From assembly GCA_031701365.1 (NCBI GenBank), contig GCA_031701365.1_4118.1: 64,000 nt of DNA; one strand, written 5' to 3'. Positions within the stretch are counted from its first letter, which is position 1. Each line of letters opens with the position of its first letter. This DNA comes from Escherichia coli. Lineage in GTDB: Bacteria > Pseudomonadota > Gammaproteobacteria > Enterobacterales > Enterobacteriaceae. Under the pieces are notes generated by a model that searched no databases, had not been told where the DNA came from, and saw nothing but the letters and a program-made list of their open reading frames with translations. Made by a program: the position numbers and the translations under genes. Shown here in pieces: positions 17,682-27,550 of this stretch.

Positions 17682-17892
17682 AGAGCCGGAAGTGGTATAT
17701 TGCTTTAGTGTGAAAGGTTTTGAATACATGATGGATTCGATTTTGAAGGATACATATTTGGTTCAGATTGCAGTTGCACATAATGCAGATAATGCATTAC
17801 AGCGAGTATTGAATATATACGAGAGGACGAGTCGAAGGCTTTGTGCAATGAAAAGGATTGAAGAAATAAAGGTTTCTAGGCTGAATAAATAG
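17668..17892 (+). CDS. hypothetical small protein
   Basis: ORF only. Confidence 0.4.
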   Translation: MITFEEPEVVYCFSVKGFEYMMDSILKDTYLVQIAVAHNADNALQRVLNIYERTSRRLCAMKRIEEIKVSRLNK

Positions 17893-18090
17893 AGACGTTT
17901 CATTTTGACAGGCCGCTGGAGGGGGTCAAAAAAATTTCCGCTGAAAAACATGCTAAGGTATATGTTTAATATAAAGTTTTATATTGTGTTTTTCAGAGTA
18001 CAGTTCATGTTTCCTTAAACAAAAAATACCCCGCCACCGAACGTGCTCTTTATATTGGAGTTTACCTTATTAATTATAGTAGAGATTGAG

Positions 18091-18468
18091 ATGGAAATAA
18101 AATATAATGAATTTTGTGCAAGGACATGGATGTACACTGGTGAGTTAGTTACGCACTCTAACTTATACAAGGGTGATTTAAACTACGCTAGGGACAAGAT
18201 TTTAAAGTACTGGAATGCTGACTTTTATTTGATGGATTTTAGTACTGGGTTTAGGGGTAAAGCAACCGAGATGTTGGACTATACAGTACTTGATGATGCT
18301 GCACTGTTTCAGGCGGCATTAGTATTTGATAAGAAGTACATCTGTACATTAGAAGAGATGATTGAATTACAGCGTAGAATTAAATGTATTCACAGGGAAT
18401 GTATAGATATCTGGTGCAGTACTGGTGAAGATGATTTTTGTAATCATTTCAATCTAGGGGAAGAGTGA
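18091..18468 (+). CDS. family B protein 15
   Basis: AALFQAALVFDKKYICTLEE; start ATG 18091. Confidence 0.6.
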   Translation: MEIKYNEFCARTWMYTGELVTHSNLYKGDLNYARDKILKYWNADFYLMDFSTGFRGKATEMLDYTVLDDAALFQAALVFDKKYICTLEEMIELQRRIKCIHRECIDIWCSTGEDDFCNHFNLGEE

Positions 18469-18824
18469 TGGAATTTGATTTTTTAATATCAGTACATTCT
18501 TTTAAGCACAGTTTTCAGTACTTTTGTAATTTAAACAAAGGTGATTTAATGCACAGTGCGAATGAGTATATTCATTACACTCAGGGTAAATTTACATTCA
18601 TTGATTACAGTTCATTACAGTATCCACACCAAGATATGCCGGACTATACATTAATGGATACCGCAGAACTATTCCAAGAATCATTAGTATTTGATAAGAA
18701 GTACATATGTACCTTTGAAGAAGTAATTGCTATACAAAATGAAATGAAGAAGTATGCTGCTTTGAATAAACCCAATGCAAGTATTAATCAAGAATACAAA
18801 TTCAATTTAGGAATTCAAGAATGA
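18465..18824 (+). CDS. family B protein 16
   Basis: AELFQESLVFDKKYICTFEE; close paralog of 18091-18468. Confidence 0.65.
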   Translation: MMEFDFLISVHSFKHSFQYFCNLNKGDLMHSANEYIHYTQGKFTFIDYSSLQYPHQDMPDYTLMDTAELFQESLVFDKKYICTFEEVIAIQNEMKKYAALNKPNASINQEYKFNLGIQE

Positions 18825-19180
18825 CATATGATTATTCTATGTACTATTATAAGTTACCTAAAGGATGGGACTTGTGCTGTAATCTTATTAAGGGAGACTC
18901 GGAACATGAGTTGAGTTTATATATGCACTACAAAGATTCTTGTTTTAAATTTATTCATGTATTACATGATGGCTATGACTATGAATCTGAGAGTCTCATA
19001 GATTATACAGTACTGGACGATGGTGAACTATTTCAGGAAGCATTAGTGTTTGATAAGAATAAGTACTCCTGTACATTTGAAGAAATGGTTTCTTTGCAAA
19101 ATGAAATGAAGAGATTTGAAAAAGAAAACGTATTTAATCCATCCCCATCAAGAACGAATAATTATTATTTCAATATATGA
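18821..19180 (+). CDS. family B protein 17
   Basis: GELFQEALVFDKNKYSCTFEE; close paralog. Confidence 0.65.
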   Translation: MTYDYSMYYYKLPKGWDLCCNLIKGDSEHELSLYMHYKDSCFKFIHVLHDGYDYESESLIDYTVLDDGELFQEALVFDKNKYSCTFEEMVSLQNEMKRFEKENVFNPSPSRTNNYYFNI

Positions 19181-19189
19181 GATTATAAA

Positions 19190-19660
19190 ATGACATTACA
19201 GAGTTCATTGGAAAAAGCAAAGAAGATTCATGAGTACATGAATATGGCAAAAGAAGGTTCAGTTTACGGTGTTTTCAAAGACACAAGTACTCAATATTAT
19301 GTACCGGATAACCTCCTTTATAATGACTGCTCAGATACAGAAACGTGCGTACTGGATACCGACCCTAATGATTATGAATGCTTCATTAATATGCATAATG
19401 AGTACATGGTCTATATTAATGATTCAGATACTATCTACAGTACTGACAGCGATTCCAATGACATTATAATTCCGAGTGAAGTACTGGAAGGTCCGTGGGA
19501 TAGTGAAGAGTATTACTTCCAACAAAGTACTGTATACGATAATGAAGTACTTGATGTTATTATAATTATGTGGTACTTTAAAAGTATTGGTTCTGGGAAC
19601 TTCTTTTTCGATTACAAATACGTAAAGAAAACTGTAGATAACGGTATTAACAGGGGTTAA
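19190..19660 (+). CDS. family B protein 18
   Basis: EEYYFQQSTVYD; N-terminus MTLQSSLEKAKKIHEY. Confidence 0.65.
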   Translation: MTLQSSLEKAKKIHEYMNMAKEGSVYGVFKDTSTQYYVPDNLLYNDCSDTETCVLDTDPNDYECFINMHNEYMVYINDSDTIYSTDSDSNDIIIPSEVLEGPWDSEEYYFQQSTVYDNEVLDVIIIMWYFKSIGSGNFFFDYKYVKKTVDNGINRG

Positions 19661-19661
19661 A

Positions 19662-20132
19662 ATGAGTTTAGAAAGAGCATTAGAGATTGCGAAGTTAATT
19701 GATTTATGCAGCAAAGAAATTGTATCAAATTGTCTCAATGGATATCTATTCAAGGAAGGTAAATCATATTGTCGAATGATATACGATGACAGTAGTGAAT
19801 ATATCCATATGTATGAAGAAAACTTAGATGATTCTGACATAGTACTCACAGGATGTGATGTTAATTTGGAAGATAATTACATGTACTTCTGCCGTGATGC
19901 TGATATTTTAATCCAAGATTCATTAATTCAAACAGGTGCACCAGAGGTATATCTTCCGTATTCAGTACTGGATAATAACTGGGGTAGTGAAGATTACTAT
20001 TTCCAGCAGAGTACTATATATAATGAAGATATACTTGACAAACTTGTTATTTCTTGGTACTTTCATAACACGGATTATAGTAGCTTCTACATAGACTTGG
20101 ATCTACTAAGAGTACTTAAAGAGGATATATGA
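19662..20132 (+). CDS. family B protein 19
   Basis: EDYYFQQSTIYN; N-terminus MSLERALEIAK. Confidence 0.65.
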   Translation: MSLERALEIAKLIDLCSKEIVSNCLNGYLFKEGKSYCRMIYDDSSEYIHMYEENLDDSDIVLTGCDVNLEDNYMYFCRDADILIQDSLIQTGAPEVYLPYSVLDNNWGSEDYYFQQSTIYNEDILDKLVISWYFHNTDYSSFYIDLDLLRVLKEDI

Positions 20133-20569
20133 GTTTAGAAAGAGCACTAGAACTAGCCAACAAAATACATCAGTACCATGATAAAATAAAAAGTGGGTTC
20201 TATGCTGATAAAGTACATGCATATGGGAATGAATATTATCTCACAGGAGTAAAGAGATACTCTAATGATATTTTACTTATGGGTCATGATAAAGACTATA
20301 CTATACAGTACTCTTCATGTAGTCAATATACTAGTTTTATGGTATATATTCCTGGTACTAAGATTACTTTTGACACATCAAATACACCTGTTGACTTCGG
20401 GGTACTTGATGGCCCGTGGGGTACTGAAGAGTATTACTTCCAACAGAGTCTCATTTTTAACCAAGAAATGCTTGATTCCTTGGTTGTGTTGTGGTACTTT
20501 AAGGAATTGAATTTTGAACCATTCTTTCTTGACTGGGGTTCATGTGAGTATTTAAGTTCAGGGGAATAA
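20129..20569 (+). CDS. family B protein 20
   Basis: EEYYFQQSLIFN; N-terminus MSLERALELANK. Confidence 0.65.
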   Translation: MSLERALELANKIHQYHDKIKSGFYADKVHAYGNEYYLTGVKRYSNDILLMGHDKDYTIQYSSCSQYTSFMVYIPGTKITFDTSNTPVDFGVLDGPWGTEEYYFQQSLIFNQEMLDSLVVLWYFKELNFEPFFLDWGSCEYLSSGE

Positions 20570-20571
20570 TA

Positions 20572-21060
20572 ATGTCATTACAAAGTGCATTGAAAGAAGC
20601 AAAGAAGATTCATGAGTACATGATTATGGTACAGGAAGGTTCAGTACCAGGTGTATACAAAACATCAGATACGGAATTCTTCGTTAAGGATAGAGATGAT
20701 TATGACGAATCAGAGGTATGTGCAGAAACATTAGTACTGCACACTGATACTGGTGACAGTGATAACTGTGAATATCATATGTACAACCAGTACATTAGTT
20801 ATTGCCGTAATGAAGATATTACCATCTACAACACAGATAGTGATGCTGATGACACTATCATTCCTTATTCAGTACTGGAAGGTCAGTGGGATAGTGAAGA
20901 ATATTACTTCCAGAATAGTACTATCTACAATGAAGAAGAACTGGATGTTATTGTGATTATGTGGTATTTCAAAAGTATTGACTCCAGTAGTTTCTATTTT
21001 GATTATGAATATGTAGAGAATACGATAGGAGAAGGTAATGTCATTACAAAGTGCTCTTGA
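20572..21060 (+). CDS. family B protein 21
   Basis: EEYYFQNSTIYN; N-terminus MSLQSALKEAKK. Confidence 0.65.
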   Translation: MSLQSALKEAKKIHEYMIMVQEGSVPGVYKTSDTEFFVKDRDDYDESEVCAETLVLHTDTGDSDNCEYHMYNQYISYCRNEDITIYNTDSDADDTIIPYSVLEGQWDSEEYYFQNSTIYNEEELDVIVIMWYFKSIDSSSFYFDYEYVENTIGEGNVITKCS

Positions 21061-21490
21061 AAAAGCAAAAGAACTACATGGATACGTTGAAGATATAAAG
21101 GCAGAAAAGTTCAAAGAAGTGTACAAAGCCGAGAACGGTAACTACTACAAAGATGAAATGTATAATAACTCCGTTGGAGTAAGGGTTATTCTTGGGTTGA
21201 ATTCCAATAGCCCAGTGTCGTATTCGGAATACAATAGAGATGCAGAATTCATTAGTTATGTTGAAAATGGTAGCATTCGTTTTATTAATAGACAAAAACC
21301 ATTAACATTGAATTGTGAAGTACTGAATGGTCCGTGGAATAGTGAAGAGTATTACTTCCAAAACAGTACTGTATATGATGATGAAGTACTTGAAGCATTA
21401 GTTATTATGTGGTACTTCAAGAGTGTTAGCTGTCCTCGATTTTATTTGGATTTCGAAGAACTTCGTAAAGATCCAGAAGGTATAGAATGA
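21038..21490 (+). CDS. family B protein 22
   Basis: EEYYFQNSTVYD; N-terminus MSLQSALEKAKE. Confidence 0.65.
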   Translation: MSLQSALEKAKELHGYVEDIKAEKFKEVYKAENGNYYKDEMYNNSVGVRVILGLNSNSPVSYSEYNRDAEFISYVENGSIRFINRQKPLTLNCEVLNGPWNSEEYYFQNSTVYDDEVLEALVIMWYFKSVSCPRFYLDFEELRKDPEGIE

Positions 21491-21801
21491 AAAACTTATT
21501 CAGTGTTCAGTACGTCCCTGGTGAAATTGGTTTATTATATCTATTTGACCATGATAATTCATTATTACTAGTAGTGAAGAAATGCCAAGCTAGTTCGTTT
21601 GTTGAATACATTCACGATAGTGAATACATTCCTGATTTCCTAGAGTGTGATTATCACGATGAACATGAATCATTTATTTTTCAGGAATCACTAGTATGGG
21701 ATAAATCGATCAACTTCTTTACGTTAATTGAATTACAAAAGCAGGTGAAGTATTATTGGGATTACTTAATTACACAGGATTACATTGAGATTGAAACATA
21801 A
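21487..21801 (+). CDS. family B protein 23
   Basis: ESFIFQESLVWD. Confidence 0.6.
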   Translation: MKNLFSVQYVPGEIGLLYLFDHDNSLLLVVKKCQASSFVEYIHDSEYIPDFLECDYHDEHESFIFQESLVWDKSINFFTLIELQKQVKYYWDYLITQDYIEIET

Positions 21802-22109
21802 TGACAAAAAATGAATTTGATTCACTTTGTACGGTTTATAATTCATTGACAGAAATACCTGACTTTATTAATTACATTTCAGCGTTAAATCATATTATGC
21901 ATAGTTTTGAACAATCGTTTGAAGAGAAATATGCAGGTAGAAAAGTTCTATGTCATATGTCAATGTACTTGGGAGATGGTGAGCCTTACACTACCAGTAC
22001 TACATGTGAAATAAAAAAATATAATATATTATTGGGCACAATAGAATTCACAGTATCCAATGGTGGTAGTTATATGTACTTTAGAGATGGAGTGGTTGAA
22101 TTATTATGA
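21801..22109 (+). CDS. hypothetical small protein (MYLGDGE motif)
   Basis: EEKYAGRKVLCHMSMYLGDGE; related to 2047-2304. Confidence 0.55.
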   Translation: MTKNEFDSLCTVYNSLTEIPDFINYISALNHIMHSFEQSFEEKYAGRKVLCHMSMYLGDGEPYTTSTTCEIKKYNILLGTIEFTVSNGGSYMYFRDGVVELL

Positions 22110-22555
22110 GTTACGAAAGTGCAATCAAGAAAGCAAATGATATTCTAAAAGTTGTTCAGTTCTTCAAAGAAAATCCTGAATACCTAGATGATGAAAACCA
22201 TGATCACGATGAGAGATTGAGAAGAAAAATTGTCTCTTTATTTGACACTAATGCGGATAATTATAGTCTAATTGAGTTAGCATACGATTATATTTCATTG
22301 AACCGAAACGGACATTTAGTTAATATAGAAAGACATGCGAGTGAAGAATCTTTTAAAATTTCAGACATTTTATCCCTGAGTACTGAAGAAGGGTACTTCC
22401 AGGGTAGTACTGTTTATGAACAAGGAACACTTGACAATCTATGCACATTCAGTGTAATATATCAGAAATCAGTACTGGATGTATTTTATCTTGACACTGC
22501 TGAACTGGATACACTAATCAATTTTGTTACTACTGAAGAGGCCACATTTGAGTGA
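22106..22555 (+). CDS. family B protein 24
   Basis: EEGYFQGSTVYE. Confidence 0.6.
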   Translation: MSYESAIKKANDILKVVQFFKENPEYLDDENHDHDERLRRKIVSLFDTNADNYSLIELAYDYISLNRNGHLVNIERHASEESFKISDILSLSTEEGYFQGSTVYEQGTLDNLCTFSVIYQKSVLDVFYLDTAELDTLINFVTTEEATFE

Positions 22556-23088
22556 TGAAAGTTAACATCAATGACTTTGATGCATTACAAGATTTATCAA
22601 AAAAGATTCGCATAATCGTACCAGTACTCAAAAAATGCAGTACTGGTTTAATTGATCCTAGTACTGTTGTTAATGAGAAGTACAATTTTCATCGTGTATT
22701 ACAGGGTACAGGTGCATTTCAGAAGTGTGATGTACGTGAGAAACACGTAATTGATACATCATTGTTTTCTATTGGTGCACCTGTGTCGAATAATTCTATT
22801 TTCCTGGATAACGCAGGAAATATTCAACAATTAACATTTAAGAAAAGGAAAAAGAACAATAACATTGGTGTGTACGCGATGAAGTGGGGTCAACCTGATT
22901 TGAAGCGTGAAATTCACATCCCTAAGTACAATTACAATGCATTTGACGAACAGTGTTTTCAACTATCGTGTACTGACCCTGACTATGCAATCATTCAGTT
23001 CTATATGGAATTGCAGATAGCATTTAACAGTAATTTATATATTAACTTGTTGGCAATGAACATCGATGAAGTATTCAAAAACATTTAA
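22552..23088 (+). CDS. family B protein 25
   Basis: DEQCFQLSCTDP. Confidence 0.55.
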   Translation: MMKVNINDFDALQDLSKKIRIIVPVLKKCSTGLIDPSTVVNEKYNFHRVLQGTGAFQKCDVREKHVIDTSLFSIGAPVSNNSIFLDNAGNIQQLTFKKRKKNNNIGVYAMKWGQPDLKREIHIPKYNYNAFDEQCFQLSCTDPDYAIIQFYMELQIAFNSNLYINLLAMNIDEVFKNI

Positions 23089-23284
23089 TCGAATTGAATA
23101 CATGAGAACTGTGAGTGCAGTGTGGGATATATGGTTCACTACTAAACCAAAAATGGATTACCATGACTTTAAGCTCTTGTTCTTCGTTGGCTCTAACAAA
23201 CAGGATGTTGCAATGAAGGGTTATATTCAGCACTTACAGGAACTAATTCAGAAGAGGGTTAATGAAAATAATAGACCAAGATGA
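23066..23284 (+). CDS. family A small protein 28 (displaced copy)
   Basis: VGSNKQDVAM. Confidence 0.5.
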   Translation: MKYSKTFNRIEYMRTVSAVWDIWFTTKPKMDYHDFKLLFFVGSNKQDVAMKGYIQHLQELIQKRVNENNRPR

Positions 23285-23453
23285 TATTGCTAAACTATTC
23301 AATATATATTCTACTAGAATGATGCAAACCGACTCATATGGTACGGAATTCAAAGAGTTGAAAGTACTGATGTACTTGGGAACCCAATATCAGGAACAAG
23401 TTATTTTGGAATATATTAATTCGTTGAAGAAGGATATCCGTTATGTACGATGA
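23262..23453 (+). CDS. family A small protein 29 (displaced copy)
   Basis: LGTQYQEQVI. Confidence 0.55.
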   Translation: MKIIDQDDIAKLFNIYSTRMMQTDSYGTEFKELKVLMYLGTQYQEQVILEYINSLKKDIRYVR

Positions 23454-24003
23454 TTTAGATCTTGCGTTTGAACGTATGGTAATTTTAATGCAATGTGCAG
23501 AAATGCATGAAACAATCCGTCGCACCAAAGGGATTGAATATACAAGTAAACTATTCTCATACGAAAGTCGTCGAGGGATGGATCATTTTTACTGCACTGA
23601 TTGTTCAAAGTTTTCAGTACTGAAATATTATCATCCTACTGTTTCCAATAATAGTTTAATATCCACATATGACGGTGATCTGTTTAGTGTAATGTATGAC
23701 ACATTACATCCATCAATTTCAATCTATAAAGATTGCGATAGTAGTTTATCGTATATAATTGAAGATTACTTATCTCCTAATACTGAAGAGAATATTTTTC
23801 AGAACAGTGTGTTGCATGATGAATTAAGTATAAAATGCATCTATATGTTCAATAAGTTAAAAGAGTACGCCGATAATAATTACTTCATTGATGATTTAGC
23901 GGTATTGTCTGTTTCCGTTTTTAATACAAATGATATTGATATGAAATACTATAATGAGATTTATAAAGTACATCATATGTATAAGGAACTATTATGTCAA
24001 TAA
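23443..24003 (+). CDS. family B protein 26
   Basis: EENIFQNSVLHD. Confidence 0.6.
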   Translation: MYDDLDLAFERMVILMQCAEMHETIRRTKGIEYTSKLFSYESRRGMDHFYCTDCSKFSVLKYYHPTVSNNSLISTYDGDLFSVMYDTLHPSISIYKDCDSSLSYIIEDYLSPNTEENIFQNSVLHDELSIKCIYMFNKLKEYADNNYFIDDLAVLSVSVFNTNDIDMKYYNEIYKVHHMYKELLCQ

Positions 24004-24596
24004 ATGCAAATAAATGTTGTAGTGCAGATGTGCATTTGTTTTTTAAGAAATTGGCAAATGATATTATATATATGCAGGAAATGATTTATCACAAACGAGC
24101 GGATTTAGAAAAAGCATTAGTACAGTTCTCATTTATGCTTGATGGTGATATATTTCTAGAGAGTGATGCATTGCGAATAGTATTAGACAAAAATGCTAAA
24201 AGATTTTTATTTCATGTAGATAATAAATTATGTTCCTCCGTATGTCGTACTTTTTATAATCGTGATTCGGACTTATATCAATTCCTTTATTCTAAAGGTG
24301 CAGTAGAAGCATCATATGGTGATGGTTATGCCCTAGGAAAGAGTATTCCATTTATGAAATCATTTAAAATAGAACACATCAGTACTGATGAAGATGCAAT
24401 GTTCACAAATGATATAACTATGGGACGTGAAGATGCAATGCGATATATTACAAATTCTATGTATACATTCTTTCAACGAACAGAATTTGATAATGTATAT
24501 ATATCAAATGTAAATATTTTCAATGACCTGTGTCAGTACTTGAGAAGTGTTTGTAATTTCGATGAAAGCTATTGTAAGCTATATACTGAGGTATAA
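23994..24596 (+). CDS. family B-like protein 27 (divergent)
   Basis: MYTFFQRTEFD variant. Confidence 0.45.
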   Translation: MSINANKCCSADVHLFFKKLANDIIYMQEMIYHKRADLEKALVQFSFMLDGDIFLESDALRIVLDKNAKRFLFHVDNKLCSSVCRTFYNRDSDLYQFLYSKGAVEASYGDGYALGKSIPFMKSFKIEHISTDEDAMFTNDITMGREDAMRYITNSMYTFFQRTEFDNVYISNVNIFNDLCQYLRSVCNFDESYCKLYTEV

Positions 24597-24601
24597 AACA
24601 A

Positions 24602-24964
24602 ATGAACACATTAAGTATTACATACTATACAACTAAAAAATTAGTTACTTGTTTAATATCTTTGAAGACAAACCATGATGATATGTTTGATATGGCTGCA
24701 TATGAATTAGAATTATCAGAAGATGGCTTCAAGAGCTATGAAGTATATAGCTATGTCCGTGAAGATGTAATTGACACTACACTAATGCAAGAGGATGAGT
24801 TATTCCAAGAAAGTTTAGTATGGGATAATAAGTACGATTGTAACTTTGATTTCTTATGTTTAATCCAGAAAGAAATGAAAAGAATCTTTGATAATTATCC
24901 AATCAAACGTTTCAGTACTGCACCTGAGCAATATAAAAGGATTATATTCACCTATGAAGATTGA
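24602..24964 (+). CDS. family B protein 28
   Basis: DELFQESLVWD. Confidence 0.6.
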   Translation: MNTLSITYYTTKKLVTCLISLKTNHDDMFDMAAYELELSEDGFKSYEVYSYVREDVIDTTLMQEDELFQESLVWDNKYDCNFDFLCLIQKEMKRIFDNYPIKRFSTAPEQYKRIIFTYED

Positions 24965-25331
24965 ATTTGAAGTTATTACATATAGTATAGGTGATGGTAT
25001 CCGTTGCTATGTACAAGCAAGGCATATGGTTCCTGATGATAAACTGTCACCAAAAAGCTTCTGTATCACACAAGATCTCTTAGATATCAACGGAGAGAAC
25101 AAGTACATATATTATCTTACTAAGGGTTATTGTAGTACACGTGGTTTTAATATTGTAGCTGTTTCTAGAGATGAAATTGATGATTTAACTGAGTACGGGG
25201 AAGAAGAGATGTTCCAGTACAGTACTGTTTTTAATGAACTGGATGTGTTTCTGTTACGAAAAATACAACACATTATGCAAGAATGTTTGCATCATAAGAG
25301 AGGTATGGTATGCGACGTGAATCTGAATTAG
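24954..25331 (+). CDS. family B protein 29
   Basis: EEMFQYSTVFN; start ATG 24954. Confidence 0.6.
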   Translation: MKIEFEVITYSIGDGIRCYVQARHMVPDDKLSPKSFCITQDLLDINGENKYIYYLTKGYCSTRGFNIVAVSRDEIDDLTEYGEEEMFQYSTVFNELDVFLLRKIQHIMQECLHHKRGMVCDVNLN

Positions 25332-25651
25332 TTAAAGTAATGTACGCTACTCATATTAAACTACTACTTGTTAAATTTGATTATAATAAAAAACATAATG
25401 ATTTCTATACTTTAATTCGTGATGAAAATACATTCTCCTTGCGATGCAACAATATACCCTTGAAGATAAATGATTTTACTTCACTTGACGAGGGGGAATT
25501 ATTTCAAGAATCATTAGTTTTTAATAGTAATATAAAAATTGATATAGAAGTTATTAAAAAATACCAGATTCTATTGAACAAAATTATGAATTGTTATCCA
25601 TGTGAAATAGGTGGTCATATGCAGTTCAAATCAAAAATGTATGAATTATGA
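25310..25651 (+). CDS. family B protein 30
   Basis: GELFQESLVFN. Confidence 0.6.
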   Translation: MRRESELVKVMYATHIKLLLVKFDYNKKHNDFYTLIRDENTFSLRCNNIPLKINDFTSLDEGELFQESLVFNSNIKIDIEVIKKYQILLNKIMNCYPCEIGGHMQFKSKMYEL

Positions 25652-25658
25652 GGTTTAT

Positions 25659-26195
25659 ATGTTAGATAAAAAAATGAACTCTGGAACCCAATATAATCAT
25701 CTTAAGTTGGATACATTCGAATCAGCTATCAGTACAGCACAAGATATAATTGATATTATCAAGTTCATTAAAGAAGATAAGTTCAAATGTTTGAAAATAC
25801 TAAATCGTTCAATGTACCGTGATAAAAATATTCATGTATCAGTACGTAGACCGAAAGATCAAGAAAGTGGGAGAGATTTCTATAACAACAGTGAGCAGTT
25901 CGAATGTGAATATGATCCAGAATTTAGAGGTGGTTTCATGTGTTACTGTATGAAGGATACCTCACACATTGAGATACGTTCATCGAAAGGTGGCATACGT
26001 ACATTAGAGTTTATTGATATAGTTTTAAATCAGGAATACTACTTTCAACTATCATTATTGTTTCCTGCATACGATTTAGGAGTTCTATTCATGTATAAGT
26101 ACTTTCATGAGCACTGGAATGAAGACTTCTATCTGGACTTAGAAGATTACCACTTAGTTTGGAAAGAAATGGTAAAACTTCGCAACCCATCTTGA
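25659..26195 (+). CDS. family B protein 31
   Basis: QEYYFQLSLLFP; start ATG 25659 after GAGG. Confidence 0.6.
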   Translation: MLDKKMNSGTQYNHLKLDTFESAISTAQDIIDIIKFIKEDKFKCLKILNRSMYRDKNIHVSVRRPKDQESGRDFYNNSEQFECEYDPEFRGGFMCYCMKDTSHIEIRSSKGGIRTLEFIDIVLNQEYYFQLSLLFPAYDLGVLFMYKYFHEHWNEDFYLDLEDYHLVWKEMVKLRNPS

Positions 26196-26254
26196 CACCC
26201 TCCGATTCTTTGTGATATAATCTCTTTATATTAATTGTAAAGGGTTATATCACA

Positions 26255-26731
26255 ATGTCCAAAGACCTATCATTTAGCAATGCACAAAAAATAGCAAAAG
26301 ACATTATCAGGGTTTATAAATTCCTTACAAATGTTACTGAAGATTTTTCCGTAGGCAAACATACAGTCAAAAAACGAAATGGATACCTTTCCTTTATGGA
26401 TGGGTTACTCTATAGTTCAGATGAATCAACTTGTAGTATTAGAGTGCTTGATGAAGTACCAAGTGGTGATTTTATTTCATACCATTTCCCAAGTTCAGAT
26501 AATTTCAAATACTACAATCATCATCTTATAAATGAAGGATTTGATACGGCTGAAATTAACACTGAAGAAGAGTTCTTCCAGTACAGTACTGTGTATCCAG
26601 AGAGGATTGTTTTCAGTTCAGTGATTTACACTGCCCTTAAAAATGAACTAAATTCAGATAGTGATCATTTCTACTTGGACCTGAACAATATCGATTGTAT
26701 TATTGAGTACCTGGAGAAAAATGGTTTATGA
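26255..26731 (+). CDS. family B protein 32
   Basis: EEFFQYSTVYP. Confidence 0.6.
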   Translation: MSKDLSFSNAQKIAKDIIRVYKFLTNVTEDFSVGKHTVKKRNGYLSFMDGLLYSSDESTCSIRVLDEVPSGDFISYHFPSSDNFKYYNHHLINEGFDTAEINTEEEFFQYSTVYPERIVFSSVIYTALKNELNSDSDHFYLDLNNIDCIIEYLEKNGL

Positions 26732-27222
26732 TTACTACAGAATATGATTACGATGGTGTTTTAGAATTTGCAGACAATATCTATCGCATTGCAAAGGAGT
26801 TCAGAAGTCCTGACCCATTTGGTGGTATGTTCGAATACGATGAGTTTAGTTCATCCAAAGGAAGACTTGCGTTTACTAATGTAAGAGGTAATCAAATCTA
26901 TGCCGAGTACTTTGATGACAATGACTTTCATTACAAAGCCGGATACATTTCATATTGCCCTGGGTCTGATTTGAAGATTAATATTGACAATTATAGAGAA
27001 GCAGTATTTGTTAAGTATGATGATTTAGTGTTCATGTCAGAGGAAATGTACTTTCAGGGTTCTTGTATTCATGATGTAAAAGTACTTAATGCTATGTTAT
27101 TTTATGGTGCACTACTTCATCATTACAAATACAAACAACGATTCTTTTTAGATTTAGTAGTATACTATAAATGCGTGGATTATTTGAATGCAAAATACGA
27201 CAACAATTCAGTACATGACTGA
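26728..27222 (+). CDS. family B protein 33
   Basis: EEMYFQGSCIHD. Confidence 0.6.
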   Translation: MITTEYDYDGVLEFADNIYRIAKEFRSPDPFGGMFEYDEFSSSKGRLAFTNVRGNQIYAEYFDDNDFHYKAGYISYCPGSDLKINIDNYREAVFVKYDDLVFMSEEMYFQGSCIHDVKVLNAMLFYGALLHHYKYKQRFFLDLVVYYKCVDYLNAKYDNNSVHD

Positions 27223-27550
27223 TGGTACTGAATACTTTGTTTCAAGATATGTAATCAACCACAACCATTATGTAACCTATATTCCAGAATACAATCAATT
27301 TTATATCCAGATTTATCAATATAATGGAAAGATAAATGATATATATTCAGAAATAAAAATCCCTGATTATAGTACTTTATCAGAAGAGGAATTGTTTCAG
27401 CAGAGCACTATCAGTACTGAAGATGTGTACGAAATAATGGAATACCAGAAGGTACTTAAACATTTTCATGAAGTACAGGATATACAAATAGATATTCTTA
27501 CTGCATGGAGTTATATCACACACGAGGTAAATTATGTTCGAAATGATTAA
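27215..27550 (+). CDS. family B protein 34
   Basis: EELFQQSTIST; start ATG 27215. Confidence 0.55.
   Translation: MTDGTEYFVSRYVINHNHYVTYIPEYNQFYIQIYQYNGKINDIYSEIKIPDYSTLSEEELFQQSTISTEDVYEIMEYQKVLKHFHEVQDIQIDILTAWSYITHEVNYVRND

Noticed and set aside
19269-20956. Alternative-frame ORFs inside family B genes (19269-19469, 20265-20510, 20753-20956)
   Set aside because: They overlap in-frame family B genes with conserved motifs and have hydrophobic low-complexity translations typical of off-frame reading of AT-rich DNA.
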